Shown in pieces: positions 1 through 10,108 of a DNA stretch of 64,000 nt. The DNA comes from Spirochaetota bacterium (GTDB lineage Bacteria > Spirochaetota > UBA4802 > UBA5550): assembly GCA_022709405.1 (NCBI GenBank), contig JAKLIV010000001.1, positions 49,952 to 113,951 of the forward strand. Reading direction: 5' to 3'. The first letter of the stretch is position 1. Every line of letters begins with the position of its first letter. The notes below the pieces were generated by a model. The model worked only from the letters and a program-made list of their open reading frames with translations. It was not told the origin of the DNA and did not search any database. Both the position numbers and the translations under genes were made by a program.

Positions 1-1
1 A

Positions 2-472
2 ATTCTTGCGACCGGAAAGGATGTCAGCGGAATGCTCTTCGCACATACCGCAAGCATGATGAAAGAGTATGGTTATGGCAGACATTCAGGGTTGGGAACC
101 TGGATATCAATTGTTCCTGAATCACTGGAGGGAAACGCCTATCTGAAGAAATATACGCCATTCCCCTTTGTATTAGTGTTCAGGGCAAAACCTGATGCAT
201 ATCAGGTAGAAATGTGGATCTACAAGAAAAACCGCTTATACAATAAATTCAGCCAGGCATATTTAAAAAGTTATGAAGACGGCGAACCGTCTGAAGAACA
301 CTTGTTATCAGTTATATATAAAAAAGAAATTATTAAGAGTAACGACATCCGTGAATTGCCCCTGGATATACTTAAAAAGAAGATCGATGATTATTTCAAG
401 AATGAACTTCAGAATTATCTGGATCGTTGCAGTAAAGAAATATTAAGTATCATACAAAAAATAGAGAAGTGA
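2..472 (+). CDS. hypothetical protein, C-terminal part (frame open to window start)
   Basis: ORF 32..472. The same frame has no stop in nt 2..31, so the true start is probably upstream of the window. AT-rich, no recognisable motif. Confidence 0.4.
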   Translation: MLATGKDVSGMLFAHTASMMKEYGYGRHSGLGTWISIVPESLEGNAYLKKYTPFPFVLVFRAKPDAYQVEMWIYKKNRLYNKFSQAYLKSYEDGEPSEEHLLSVIYKKEIIKSNDIRELPLDILKKKIDDYFKNELQNYLDRCSKEILSIIQKIEK

Positions 473-530
473 ATTGTATTGATTGTCCGGTTGCTGAAAT
501 TTCATTACGGAGTTAACGCTGAATATCGTT

Positions 531-2216
531 ATGGAAAAGAAGGATTCACAGGGTAAAAGCACACGGCAATTATATCAAATCAACCCGGACCAATGGTTCA
601 GCAGGATCATTTGCCCTTATTGCAATGCACAAGCGCCGGAATCTTCTGAGTGGGCGATTAAAAAATTCAAATTAAAGACCTATAGATGTAAAGAATGTAA
701 TAGCATCATGACTGTAAAATCATCAGACAGATTCTCAACGAATAAAGTCATCCACACCCTGAGCAAGTCAACCTTCTTGAGGGGACTGCAATGCCACAAG
801 TCGCTCTACCTGAACCGGTACAGGCCCGATCTGCGGGATGAGCTGAGCGAGGCGCAGGAGGCGGTGTTCCGGCGCGGACACGATGTCGGCATGCTTGCCC
901 GCGACCTGTTTCCCGGCGGCGCTGATTCATCCCCGGTAAACAGGGACTATGCCGGCGCGGTTGAGCGCACGCGGGAACTCATTAAAGGCGGGGCAAAGGT
1001 CATCTACGAGGCGGCATTCTGCTTTGATGGCATCCTGTGCCTGGCCGACATCCTGGTGAAGAAAGGCAGGAAGTGGAAGATCTACGAGGTCAAGAGCTCA
1101 ACCGGCCTCAAGGACGTGTACCTGCCCGATGCGGCCCTGCAGTATTATGTGATCACCGGCGCCGGGCTTGCAGTTTCTGATGTATCGATCGTGTATCTCA
1201 ATAACCAGTACGTGAGGCAGGGCGAGCTCGATCTTGAGCAGCTTTTCACCATCGAGAGCGTGCTGGAGCAGGTTGTTTCCATGCAGGATGACGTGGCTGA
1301 ACAGGCAGCGGTCATGAAAAAGGTTCTGGCCGGGAAGAAGGTGCCGTCGATCGATATCGGCCCTCAGTGTTCTGATCCTTATGGATGTGATTTCACCGGT
1401 CACTGCTGGGCGCATGTGCCAGAAGTGTCGGTGTTCAGCCTCGCACGTCTCAATGGAACCAGGAAGTTCGATCTGTATCAGGCCGGCATCGTCAGGCTCG
1501 AGGATATACCCGAGGATTATGAGCTTACCGACCGCCAGCAGTTACAGGTCAATGCCCATATTGCGGGGCGCAGTAAAATCAATAAAAAAGAAATCAGGCG
1601 GTTTCTTGAAGCGATCACCTATCCGCATTACTACATGGATTTCGAAACATTCATGCCAGCAGTGCCTCTTTTCGACAATGTGCGGCCATATCAGCAGGTT
1701 CCGTTCCAGTTTTGCGTGTACTTCCTTGAAGAGAAAGGGGCGCAGCCCGAACTGCGCGAGTTCCTGGCCCGGGCAGGATCTGATCCGCGTGAGGCGTTTA
1801 TAAAGGCCCTCATCGAGGCAACGCCGGCACCGGGACCGATCGTTGTATACAACCAGTCATTCGAATCCACCCGCATGAAGGAGCTTGCGCGTGACTTCCC
1901 GGAATACGAGGACGAGCTTAACGAGCGCAGGGATCGCCTGGTTGACCTGCTCGTGCCTTTCCAGAAGGGACATTTCTACGCGCCGTCAATGAACGGTAGC
2001 GCCTCGATAAAGGCAGTGCTCCCGGCGCTGGTCAGGGACCTGTCGTACAAGGGGCTCGCGGTGAGCGACGGGGGCATGGCCATGCAGGCCTTTGAGCACC
2101 TGTGGACCGAGACCGATCATTCCAGGGTCGATGAGATCAGGGCGCAGCTCCTGGAATACTGCAAGATGGACACCTTCGGCATGGTGAGGATCGTGGAGGA
2201 GCTGGGGAAGGTATGA
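531..2216 (+). CDS. DUF2779-type protein: Cas4-like PD-(D/E)XK nuclease + DEDD/RNase H-like exonuclease, with N-terminal zinc-ribbon extension
   Basis: N-terminal CPYC..x..CKEC zinc ribbon. 'LSKSTFLRGLQCHKSLYL' is a typical DUF2779 start. 'ADILVKK..WKIYEVKSS' is a D..ExK nuclease motif. 'CSDPYGCDFTGHC' is a Cys cluster. 'YYMDFETF' is a DxE exonuclease motif, and 'YCKMDTFGMV' lies at the C-terminus. Confidence 0.75.
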   Translation: MEKKDSQGKSTRQLYQINPDQWFSRIICPYCNAQAPESSEWAIKKFKLKTYRCKECNSIMTVKSSDRFSTNKVIHTLSKSTFLRGLQCHKSLYLNRYRPDLRDELSEAQEAVFRRGHDVGMLARDLFPGGADSSPVNRDYAGAVERTRELIKGGAKVIYEAAFCFDGILCLADILVKKGRKWKIYEVKSSTGLKDVYLPDAALQYYVITGAGLAVSDVSIVYLNNQYVRQGELDLEQLFTIESVLEQVVSMQDDVAEQAAVMKKVLAGKKVPSIDIGPQCSDPYGCDFTGHCWAHVPEVSVFSLARLNGTRKFDLYQAGIVRLEDIPEDYELTDRQQLQVNAHIAGRSKINKKEIRRFLEAITYPHYYMDFETFMPAVPLFDNVRPYQQVPFQFCVYFLEEKGAQPELREFLARAGSDPREAFIKALIEATPAPGPIVVYNQSFESTRMKELARDFPEYEDELNERRDRLVDLLVPFQKGHFYAPSMNGSASIKAVLPALVRDLSYKGLAVSDGGMAMQAFEHLWTETDHSRVDEIRAQLLEYCKMDTFGMVRIVEELGKV

Positions 2217-2228
2217 GGTCAGGGGATT

Positions 2229-2468
2229 ATGAATTCGATGCAGGTTACTGCTGAGTATATTCTCGATCGGGAATTCAGCCCAGAGGAACGGGCCGAGATC
2301 GAGAACGATGTGCTTGTCGGGCTAGATGAGCAGATTGAGAATGTTCGGTTCGTCAGATCGGTTAAGAATCGAAGATATCTGTGCACCCGAAATGTCCAGG
2401 GCGGGAAGATCAGTGTTACCATTGATGTTGAGCTGTCGTTTTTGGGGAAGATTCTGGGCAAAATTTGA
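2229..2468 (+). CDS. small hypothetical protein (79 aa)
   Basis: ORF starting 13 nt after the DUF2779 stop, same strand. No motif recognised. Confidence 0.35.
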   Translation: MNSMQVTAEYILDREFSPEERAEIENDVLVGLDEQIENVRFVRSVKNRRYLCTRNVQGGKISVTIDVELSFLGKILGKI

Positions 2469-2977
2469 ATTTTGTAAAGTTAATCGGTATGTATTTGGGT
2501 CAAGAGGATTGTCGCAAGCAGGAAATTGGTTATATCTGGGAGTCGGGGTGTGGAGTTGAGCGGAATTTGGAATTGGAGAATATATAAAATTATATAGGTG
2601 ACACTTGATTCTACTTGACGATGTGATAGAGCAGGGTAGTATGTGGGGCTAATGTTGTGAATAACGGCCACTTCGATACGACGATTGTGTCATCAAACGG
2701 CAAGTATAGGTTAAATGTAAATGGCCGTTCACATCAATACGATTGCTGTTTACCGAATATTCGTTGAAGGCAGATATATTGATATTGCGGTGATCACTCA
2801 GTAAACCAGCGAGTAATATATCGAGACAAATGGCGGTGAACCAAGATGAGGTTGGCAATATTGATAAATTTCTCTTCGAGAATGGGAATTGTAGCTTAAG
2901 TTAATAATCTCATTGAAGGTTCTTGCTGTTTACGATTTGTTGTTAAAATTATACTATTTTTTTGGAGAAAAGAATAA

Positions 2978-5900
2978 ATGAATTATTCATCTATAAGAGA
3001 CAATCATTCGCATGGCGCAGTAGGTGATTTTTTAAAACAGGCAGTATTAAAAAACTCCGAAGTATCAATTGTTTCGGCATACTTTACAATATATGCTTAC
3101 CACCAATTGAAGAATAATCTTGATGAAATAAATAATTTAAAATTTCTTTTTGGTGAGCCTACGTTCATCAAATCATTGGACCCTGACAAAATTCATGTTC
3201 GTGATTTTAAAATAGAAGATGATAAATTATCCATTCCTTTAGAAACCCGATTATCACAAAAGACTTTAGCAAAAGAATGTTCAGAATGGATTAAGGCAAA
3301 AACAGAAATTCGTTCCATGGTTAAACCTAATTTCTTACATGGGAAATTATACCATGTTAAACAGGAAAGCGGAATAGAAAAAGCAATAGCAGGTAGTTCT
3401 AATTTTACTGTTAATGGACTTGGTCTTGGAGGCAGTAAAAATATCGAGCTAAATCTGATCATTGATAGCGATAGAGACCGACAGGAGTTAAAAAGCTGGT
3501 TTGAGAATATTTGGAATGATAACTCCGGCCTCGTTGAAGATGTTAAGGATCAGGTTTTACATTATCTTGAACAACTATATGTTGAAAATGAACCAGAGTT
3601 TATTTATTTTAAGACTCTTTATCATATTTTTGAGAACTACCTTGATGAACAAAAACGAGGCGGATTACTTAACGAAAAAACAGGTTTTTATGACAGTGAT
3701 ATATGGAATATGCTTTATGATTTCCAGAAAGATGGCGTTAGGGGTTCAATAAATAAAATTTTAAAACACAATGGATGTATTATAGCTGATAGTGTTGGTC
3801 TTGGTAAAACATTCGAGGCACTTGCAATAATTAAATATTTTGAACTTCTTAATGCCCGTGTTCTAGTGGTTTGTCCAAAAAAATTAACCGGTAACTGGAC
3901 AATATACCAGGCAAGTCAGAATCATGCTTTAAATCCATTAAAAAAAGACCGCTTCAATTATACGGTATTATATCACACTGACATGGGCCGCGAGTCAGGC
4001 AGATCAGCAGCAAATGGTATTGATCTCGAAAATTTCAATTGGGGTGCTTATGACCTTGTTGTAATTGATGAATCCCATAATTTTCGTGGCAACCCGATGG
4101 ATAAAGTCAAGGATGATGGTTCAATAAAAATGAACAGAGCCAAATGGCTCATGGAAATGGTCATTAAATCCGGTGTTAAGACAAAAGTGCTAATGCTCTC
4201 GGCAACACCGGTTAATAATACTCTGCGTGACTTGCGTAACCAGATTTCTTTTATTACTGAAGGCAATGAAGCTGCATTATTTGAGACTTGTAAAATTAAA
4301 GATATCGGCTTAACCCTGAAAAATGCCCAAACACATTTTACAAACTGGGCTGATAAAAAGAACAGTAATAAAAATATAAAAAATTTATTAGAACGGCTGG
4401 ACTCTTCATTCTTCAAACTTCTTGATGAACTTACAATAGCACGTTCCCGAAAACACATAAAGAATTTTTACGATATGTCATCCATCGGGAGTTTCCCAGA
4501 ACGCAATAGACCACATTCTGTATACCCAGACATTGACCTTGATAAAAGGTTTCCTTCATACGACAGAATTAATAAGCAAATACTGGAATACAAATTATCT
4601 GTATTTAATCCCTCGGCCTATGTTAAGACAGGTAAAGAGCAAAAATATGAGGAAATGGCAAAAACACAGGTCTTAAACTTCAAGCAGGCTGACCGTGAAA
4701 ATTTCCTCATCGGAATGATGAAAGTTAATTTTTTAAAGAGGCTTGAAAGCTCAATTGAATCTTTTGAAATTTCTCTGGATAGGACCATTCAGAAAATAGA
4801 GAAACTTGAAAATAAAATATCTGATTTTCTCAAGAAAAAAGACAAAACCGCTGAAGAATCTCTAGAAAACTACATACCGAATGAAGAAGAACTCGAAGAA
4901 AACAGCGATGAATTGGATGAATGGCAGGTCGGTAAAAAATTAAAATTCGACCTGGCTGACCTTGAACTTGAAAAATGGCTCGTTGATTTAAAAAAGGACA
5001 AAGATGCTTTAATTGACCTTTTAAATAACGCAAAAGCAGTTACACCTGATAGAGACGCAAAGCTCAAAGAATTAAAATTGCTAATTGAAAATAAAACGAA
5101 AAATTATATCAATGATTCCAACAAAAAGGTTATCGTTTTTACCGCATTCGCTGATACTGCCCAATACCTGTATGGAAATATAAAAGATTGGGTGAAAAAA
5201 GAACTTAAATTGCATTGCGCTCTTGTTTGTGGAAGTTATACTCAAACAACCTTGGGAAAAAATGATTATGACAGCATTCTTACGAATTTCTCCCCTGTAT
5301 CAAAGAACCGTGCGAAGTTAAATTCTTCAAAGTTAAATGAAGAAATCGACATCCTTATTGCTACAGATTGTATAAGCGAAGGTCAAAACCTACAGGATTG
5401 TGACTACCTGATAAATTACGACATTCACTGGAACCCCGTTAGAATTATCCAACGCTTTGGCCGTATTGACCGACTTGGTAGTATAAATAAGACAATACAG
5501 CTTGTTAATTTCTGGCCTACAAAAGATCTTGATAACTATATTAACCTTAAAGAACGAGTCGAAGCTCGTATGGCTCTTGTTGATGTAACCGCCACAGGAG
5601 AAGATAATATTCTTAATACAGAACAAATACATGAATTGATTTCTGATGATTTGAAATACCGCAACCAGCAATTAAAAAAACTGCAAAATGAAATACTCGA
5701 TCTTGAAGACATGGATGAAACAGTTTCACTTACTGATTTTACACTCGATGACTTTAGAATTGAGTTATTAAACTTTCTTGAAGACAACAGAAAAAGATTA
5801 AAAGAAACCCCATTAGGTCTATATGGCATTGTTCCTGCGCCATCCGGTGAACATGCTGATTTAATTAAAAACAGAGAATACAGCGAAACCGAAAAAGAAA

Positions 5901-6313
5901 TAATTAAACCCGGTGTAATTTTCTGTTTATCCCAGAAAGGAGAAAGCCAGGGAAACGAAGAAGTAAATCCTCTCAATCCATTCTTTCTTGTGTATGTTCG
6001 TGATGACGGTACGGTGAGATATAATTACACTCACGCAAAACAAGTTCTTGAAATATACAGATTGCTTTGCCAGAATCAAAAAGCCCCATACGAGAAACTA
6101 TGTGAATTATTCAATCAAGAGACAAATAATGGCGAAAATATGAATAATTACACAGAACTTCTTGAAAAAGCAGTACATGAAATTGTACAAATATTCAAGA
6201 AAAAGGGTGCACAGAAACTCACTTCTGATCGTGGGGCATTATTAATCCCTAAGACAAAACAACTGAATGAAATGAATGACTTTGAACTTGTAACATGGCT
6301 TATCGTGAGGTAA
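2978..6313 (+). CDS. PLD-family (HKD) nuclease domain fused to SNF2-family SF2 helicase/translocase
   Basis: HKD motif 'HGKLYHV...GSSNFT' in the N-terminal ~170 aa. SNF2 motifs: 'DSVGLGKTFEA' (I), 'VVIDESHNFRG' (II), 'LMLSATPVNN' (III), 'SEGQNLQ...NYDIHWNPVRIIQRFGRIDRLGS' (V/VI). RBS-like GGAGAA upstream of the ATG. Confidence 0.9.
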   Translation: MNYSSIRDNHSHGAVGDFLKQAVLKNSEVSIVSAYFTIYAYHQLKNNLDEINNLKFLFGEPTFIKSLDPDKIHVRDFKIEDDKLSIPLETRLSQKTLAKECSEWIKAKTEIRSMVKPNFLHGKLYHVKQESGIEKAIAGSSNFTVNGLGLGGSKNIELNLIIDSDRDRQELKSWFENIWNDNSGLVEDVKDQVLHYLEQLYVENEPEFIYFKTLYHIFENYLDEQKRGGLLNEKTGFYDSDIWNMLYDFQKDGVRGSINKILKHNGCIIADSVGLGKTFEALAIIKYFELLNARVLVVCPKKLTGNWTIYQASQNHALNPLKKDRFNYTVLYHTDMGRESGRSAANGIDLENFNWGAYDLVVIDESHNFRGNPMDKVKDDGSIKMNRAKWLMEMVIKSGVKTKVLMLSATPVNNTLRDLRNQISFITEGNEAALFETCKIKDIGLTLKNAQTHFTNWADKKNSNKNIKNLLERLDSSFFKLLDELTIARSRKHIKNFYDMSSIGSFPERNRPHSVYPDIDLDKRFPSYDRINKQILEYKLSVFNPSAYVKTGKEQKYEEMAKTQVLNFKQADRENFLIGMMKVNFLKRLESSIESFEISLDRTIQKIEKLENKISDFLKKKDKTAEESLENYIPNEEELEENSDELDEWQVGKKLKFDLADLELEKWLVDLKKDKDALIDLLNNAKAVTPDRDAKLKELKLLIENKTKNYINDSNKKVIVFTAFADTAQYLYGNIKDWVKKELKLHCALVCGSYTQTTLGKNDYDSILTNFSPVSKNRAKLNSSKLNEEIDILIATDCISEGQNLQDCDYLINYDIHWNPVRIIQRFGRIDRLGSINKTIQLVNFWPTKDLDNYINLKERVEARMALVDVTATGEDNILNTEQIHELISDDLKYRNQQLKKLQNEILDLEDMDETVSLTDFTLDDFRIELLNFLEDNRKRLKETPLGLYGIVPAPSGEHADLIKNREYSETEKEIIKPGVIFCLSQKGESQGNEEVNPLNPFFLVYVRDDGTVRYNYTHAKQVLEIYRLLCQNQKAPYEKLCELFNQETNNGENMNNYTELLEKAVHEIVQIFKKKGAQKLTSDRGALLIPKTKQLNEMNDFELVTWLIVR

Positions 6314-6319
6314 ATCCGG

Positions 6320-9300
6320 ATGTCAAATACTGAAATTAAACAAAAGATACACGACAGCATTAAATCATTTGCTTCTGGTTCATTAACTGATAACGCGTTG
6401 AATATATTTTCAACCCTTGGCTATATAACCACTCGCCAGAACCCCTTTACGACGAAAACATATAAGTATTTCAAGGACACTTATATTGAAAACAATAACA
6501 AATTTAATGAAGACAAAGCTTTGTTTTCAGAGTGGAAATATATTGATTTACTTTTTCAACTTTCGGAAGAAGAAGTTTCATCTCAGACAAGCCTTTTCGA
6601 TACAAAACGCGTTGACCATACTGTTATTGAGACATACCTATTCTTTATTATAGAACTTTCGGAAAATAACTATTCCAGAACCACATTAAGCAATATCACA
6701 CGTGAAATGAATAAAGTTTTCCCAATGCCGGTCATGGTATTGTTCAAACATGGCGAATCTCTAACCCTTTCAATAATTAATAGAAGGCTCCACAAGAGGG
6801 ATGAACAGAAAGATGTTCTTGAAAAAGTCACACTCATTAAAGATATTTCCATAAGCAATCCTCACAGAGCACATGTAGAAATTCTCTTTGATTTATCTTT
6901 TGAAGAATTACTGACTAATCATGGTTTCACTAACTTTGTAGAGCTGCATAACGCATGGCAAAAGACTCTTAACCTATCAGAGTTAAATGAAAAGTTTTAT
7001 AAAGATTTACAAGACTGGTTCTATTTCGCTTCGCATAATATAAAATTGCCATTTAAGCCTGAATATATCGATTCTCAGGAAAATATCAAAAACTTCCTGG
7101 TAAGGTTACTTGGAAGAACTATGTTTTGCTGGTTTGTAAAAGAAAAAGGTCTAATACAACCAGAATTACTTGAATTGACTGACTGGAACAATATTCGATA
7201 TAATCTTACCGTTGACATTAATGATAAAAACTTTTTAAAAAGCAATAGTTATTATAGAGGTGTCCTGCAGAATATTTTCTTTAATGCTTTAAACAAGAGT
7301 GATAAAAAGAATAAAAAGGATTTTAAGTGGACCAAATATCTGCCCGCCGATTTTAATTATGACATTTTACTTTCAATACCCTATCTTAATGGTGGTATCT
7401 TTGATACTCTTGATGAAGATAATGCGAAAGAAAGTATTGAAGATAGTGTTATCAAAATACCTAATTACCTTTTTTATGGCATAACAGAAAAACAAAAAAT
7501 CACTACTGGCAAAGGGGAAAATAAGGAAGAACAAATTTCAACTGTAGTGCACAAGGGTCTTAATGAAATATTAAAGTCTTACAAGTTTACCCTTGAGGAA
7601 AACACTCCCCTTGAAGAGGACATTGCCCTTGACCCTGAACTTCTCGGCCTTGTTTTTGAAAATCTTTTGGCTGAATTGGACCCAAACCTTGAAGAAAGTA
7701 CAATATCAAGCATCCGAAGGCAAACTGGCAGCTATTATACTCCTCGAAAAGTAATTCAGGAAATGGTAAATGAGAGTCTCTATCTCTATCTTTCAAAGTA
7801 TATTGAAAAGAACCATCCCGGGTTAGCAGGTTATAAGAAAGATTTAGCTGATATTATTTACCATCAGGTATCTACCAATGAAAAAACCAGTGAATGTTGT
7901 GAGGCCGTTGTTTCGGCACTAGATAAGTTCAAGGTGTTAGACCCTGCATGTGGTTCTGGGGCATTCCCTATGGGTATGCTTCATCGTATGGTCGATATTC
8001 TGAAGGCAGTTGATCCTGATAACAAGATATGGCTTGGTTTAAAGTTAAAAGGCGTTGATTCAACGCAGCGGGTTGAATTTAAAAAAATTCTTACGCTCCA
8101 CCTAGATGACTATGGCCGCAAACTCGGCATCATTCGAGATAGCATTTATGGCATAGATATACAGCCCATGGCTGTTCAGATAACAAAACTCCGTTTTTTT
8201 ATAACACTTCTTATCGACCAGAACATTGAGAAAGGCATAACCCCTATGCCGAATATTGAGACAAAGATTATCTGCGCTGACAGTTTGAAAAACATTCAGG
8301 CCGGTTTGTTCAGTAGTGATGCTATTAATCAATTAAAAGAGGCCAGGAGGCGTTTTTATCAGCCAGACATCAGTTATCAAGAAAGAGAAAAAATCACAGA
8401 AGAAATTGTTGTTATTCTTGACCAGGCTTTTCCGGATTTTGCTGAGCAGATTACAGGTAAAAAAATTAAGGGTCAGAATAAGGAACTGATTCGCCACTGG
8501 TTTACCCACGCTACAATTGCTGCACCATTTTTCAATATGGATTTCTTTTATCCGGAGCTTGGAGGCAAGGGTTTTGACTGTGTCATAGGGAATCCACCTT
8601 ACGGTGGCAAAAAGATAAGCGATGAAATCCGTCAGGACCTTGATATTGAAAGCAAAGATCCTTACGGTGCATTCATTGCCCGCTTTATTAATGAACCCAA
8701 CAGTCCCACACCTTTGAAACACGGTGGTGTTCTCGCATACATTGTAAGTGATACTTTTATGACCATAAAAAGTCATTTAAAACTAAGAAAGCATATAATG
8801 CAGAATTATATACATAAAATGCTGCGAGTAAATCCAGATACGTTTAAAGCCACGGTCAATACCGCGATTATTATATTCGAACGAAATACAAACGACAGTA
8901 TAGACCCAAATCATATTTGCCAGATGGCGGATATGACAAATATTAGTATTCACGATAATTATGAGCATTTTGTGGATGTACTCCACCAGACAGAGGGTGT
9001 TGATTTCAGTGAAGCGGACATACGGAAGGCTGTGTCAAATGCCGAGTATGCTATTTATTATTATCCACAAAGTTTGATTAAGACTAACAGCAATTTACCG
9101 TTATTTGTGGCGAGCCCAAAGCTGTTTGCGTTGATGAATGATGGAAATGATCTAGAGAATAAGTCGGATAGTGAATGGAATGAATTGGGTGGGAAAAAGG
9201 TTCAGGTAAGAAGTATACCTATGAATGATTCGATAGTTAAGATAGTTAAGTTAGGAGATGTCGGTTCTGCACCACATGGCATTTCAACAGGCAACAATAA

Positions 9301-10108
9301 GAAGTATGTACGTGCTGTTGAAGGTACAAAAGGAAGTTATGATGCAATAGAAGATTGGATGATTTGCTCTGAGTCAGAAATTAATACTTTATCAGAGAAA
9401 GATAAAATTAACGGTCTAAATAAAGATTGGAAATTATTAAAGAGATGTTTTGTTCCCTTTGAGAAAGGAGGCGAATCAGATTCTGGTGATGGATGGATGC
9501 CAAACTACTATGTGCCAACTACTTACTATATTAACTGGGCTAAAGGTGCAATTAATGATATGAGAAAAAATCCAGGTTTTAGATGGTTCAACGTGCAATA
9601 CTTTTTCAGAAAAGGACTTACTTTTTCCATATCAGGTATTTATGCACCAACATTCAGATTAAACAGTGGAGGCGTTTTCGAAGCAAAGGGTTCAGGTTTA
9701 TTCTGTGATATTTATGATGATGAGACATTGTTGGGTTTTATCGCTTCAAAATTAGCAAAATTTATTTTTAAAAACTATATCAAACATTCTGTTGATACTA
9801 GTGGTGATGATATTGCTTCATTTGTTCTTCTAAGTAATAATAAACATAATAATATAAAATTAAAAGTTGCCAGTATAATCAAAAAACAAAAATCAGATCC
9901 CCGTTACGATTACGCCAGTAACGAACAAATCGAAATCGACAAACTCGTTTACGAAGCATACGGCCTTAACGCTGAAGACATCGAAGAAGTAGAAAACTGG
10001 TATGCCCGCAGATATCCAAAACTTTCATCAGCACAAAAAGCTAACTTAAGGGCTCTTGGCAAGAGTGATGATTATCTTGTGCTGTATGGGTTGAAAAAAG
10101 AAAAATGA
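6320..10108 (+). CDS. large gamma-class N6-adenine DNA methyltransferase (Eco57I/PglX-like architecture; no nuclease motif seen)
   Basis: Motif I 'VLDPACGSGAFPMG' precedes motif IV 'VIGNPPYGG'. C-terminal 'IDKLVYEAYGLNAEDIEEVENWY' tail is typical of type IIG/IIL-like methylases. Starts 6 nt after the helicase stop. Confidence 0.85.
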   Translation: MSNTEIKQKIHDSIKSFASGSLTDNALNIFSTLGYITTRQNPFTTKTYKYFKDTYIENNNKFNEDKALFSEWKYIDLLFQLSEEEVSSQTSLFDTKRVDHTVIETYLFFIIELSENNYSRTTLSNITREMNKVFPMPVMVLFKHGESLTLSIINRRLHKRDEQKDVLEKVTLIKDISISNPHRAHVEILFDLSFEELLTNHGFTNFVELHNAWQKTLNLSELNEKFYKDLQDWFYFASHNIKLPFKPEYIDSQENIKNFLVRLLGRTMFCWFVKEKGLIQPELLELTDWNNIRYNLTVDINDKNFLKSNSYYRGVLQNIFFNALNKSDKKNKKDFKWTKYLPADFNYDILLSIPYLNGGIFDTLDEDNAKESIEDSVIKIPNYLFYGITEKQKITTGKGENKEEQISTVVHKGLNEILKSYKFTLEENTPLEEDIALDPELLGLVFENLLAELDPNLEESTISSIRRQTGSYYTPRKVIQEMVNESLYLYLSKYIEKNHPGLAGYKKDLADIIYHQVSTNEKTSECCEAVVSALDKFKVLDPACGSGAFPMGMLHRMVDILKAVDPDNKIWLGLKLKGVDSTQRVEFKKILTLHLDDYGRKLGIIRDSIYGIDIQPMAVQITKLRFFITLLIDQNIEKGITPMPNIETKIICADSLKNIQAGLFSSDAINQLKEARRRFYQPDISYQEREKITEEIVVILDQAFPDFAEQITGKKIKGQNKELIRHWFTHATIAAPFFNMDFFYPELGGKGFDCVIGNPPYGGKKISDEIRQDLDIESKDPYGAFIARFINEPNSPTPLKHGGVLAYIVSDTFMTIKSHLKLRKHIMQNYIHKMLRVNPDTFKATVNTAIIIFERNTNDSIDPNHICQMADMTNISIHDNYEHFVDVLHQTEGVDFSEADIRKAVSNAEYAIYYYPQSLIKTNSNLPLFVASPKLFALMNDGNDLENKSDSEWNELGGKKVQVRSIPMNDSIVKIVKLGDVGSAPHGISTGNNKKYVRAVEGTKGSYDAIEDWMICSESEINTLSEKDKINGLNKDWKLLKRCFVPFEKGGESDSGDGWMPNYYVPTTYYINWAKGAINDMRKNPGFRWFNVQYFFRKGLTFSISGIYAPTFRLNSGGVFEAKGSGLFCDIYDDETLLGFIASKLAKFIFKNYIKHSVDTSGDDIASFVLLSNNKHNNIKLKVASIIKKQKSDPRYDYASNEQIEIDKLVYEAYGLNAEDIEEVENWYARRYPKLSSAQKANLRALGKSDDYLVLYGLKKEK

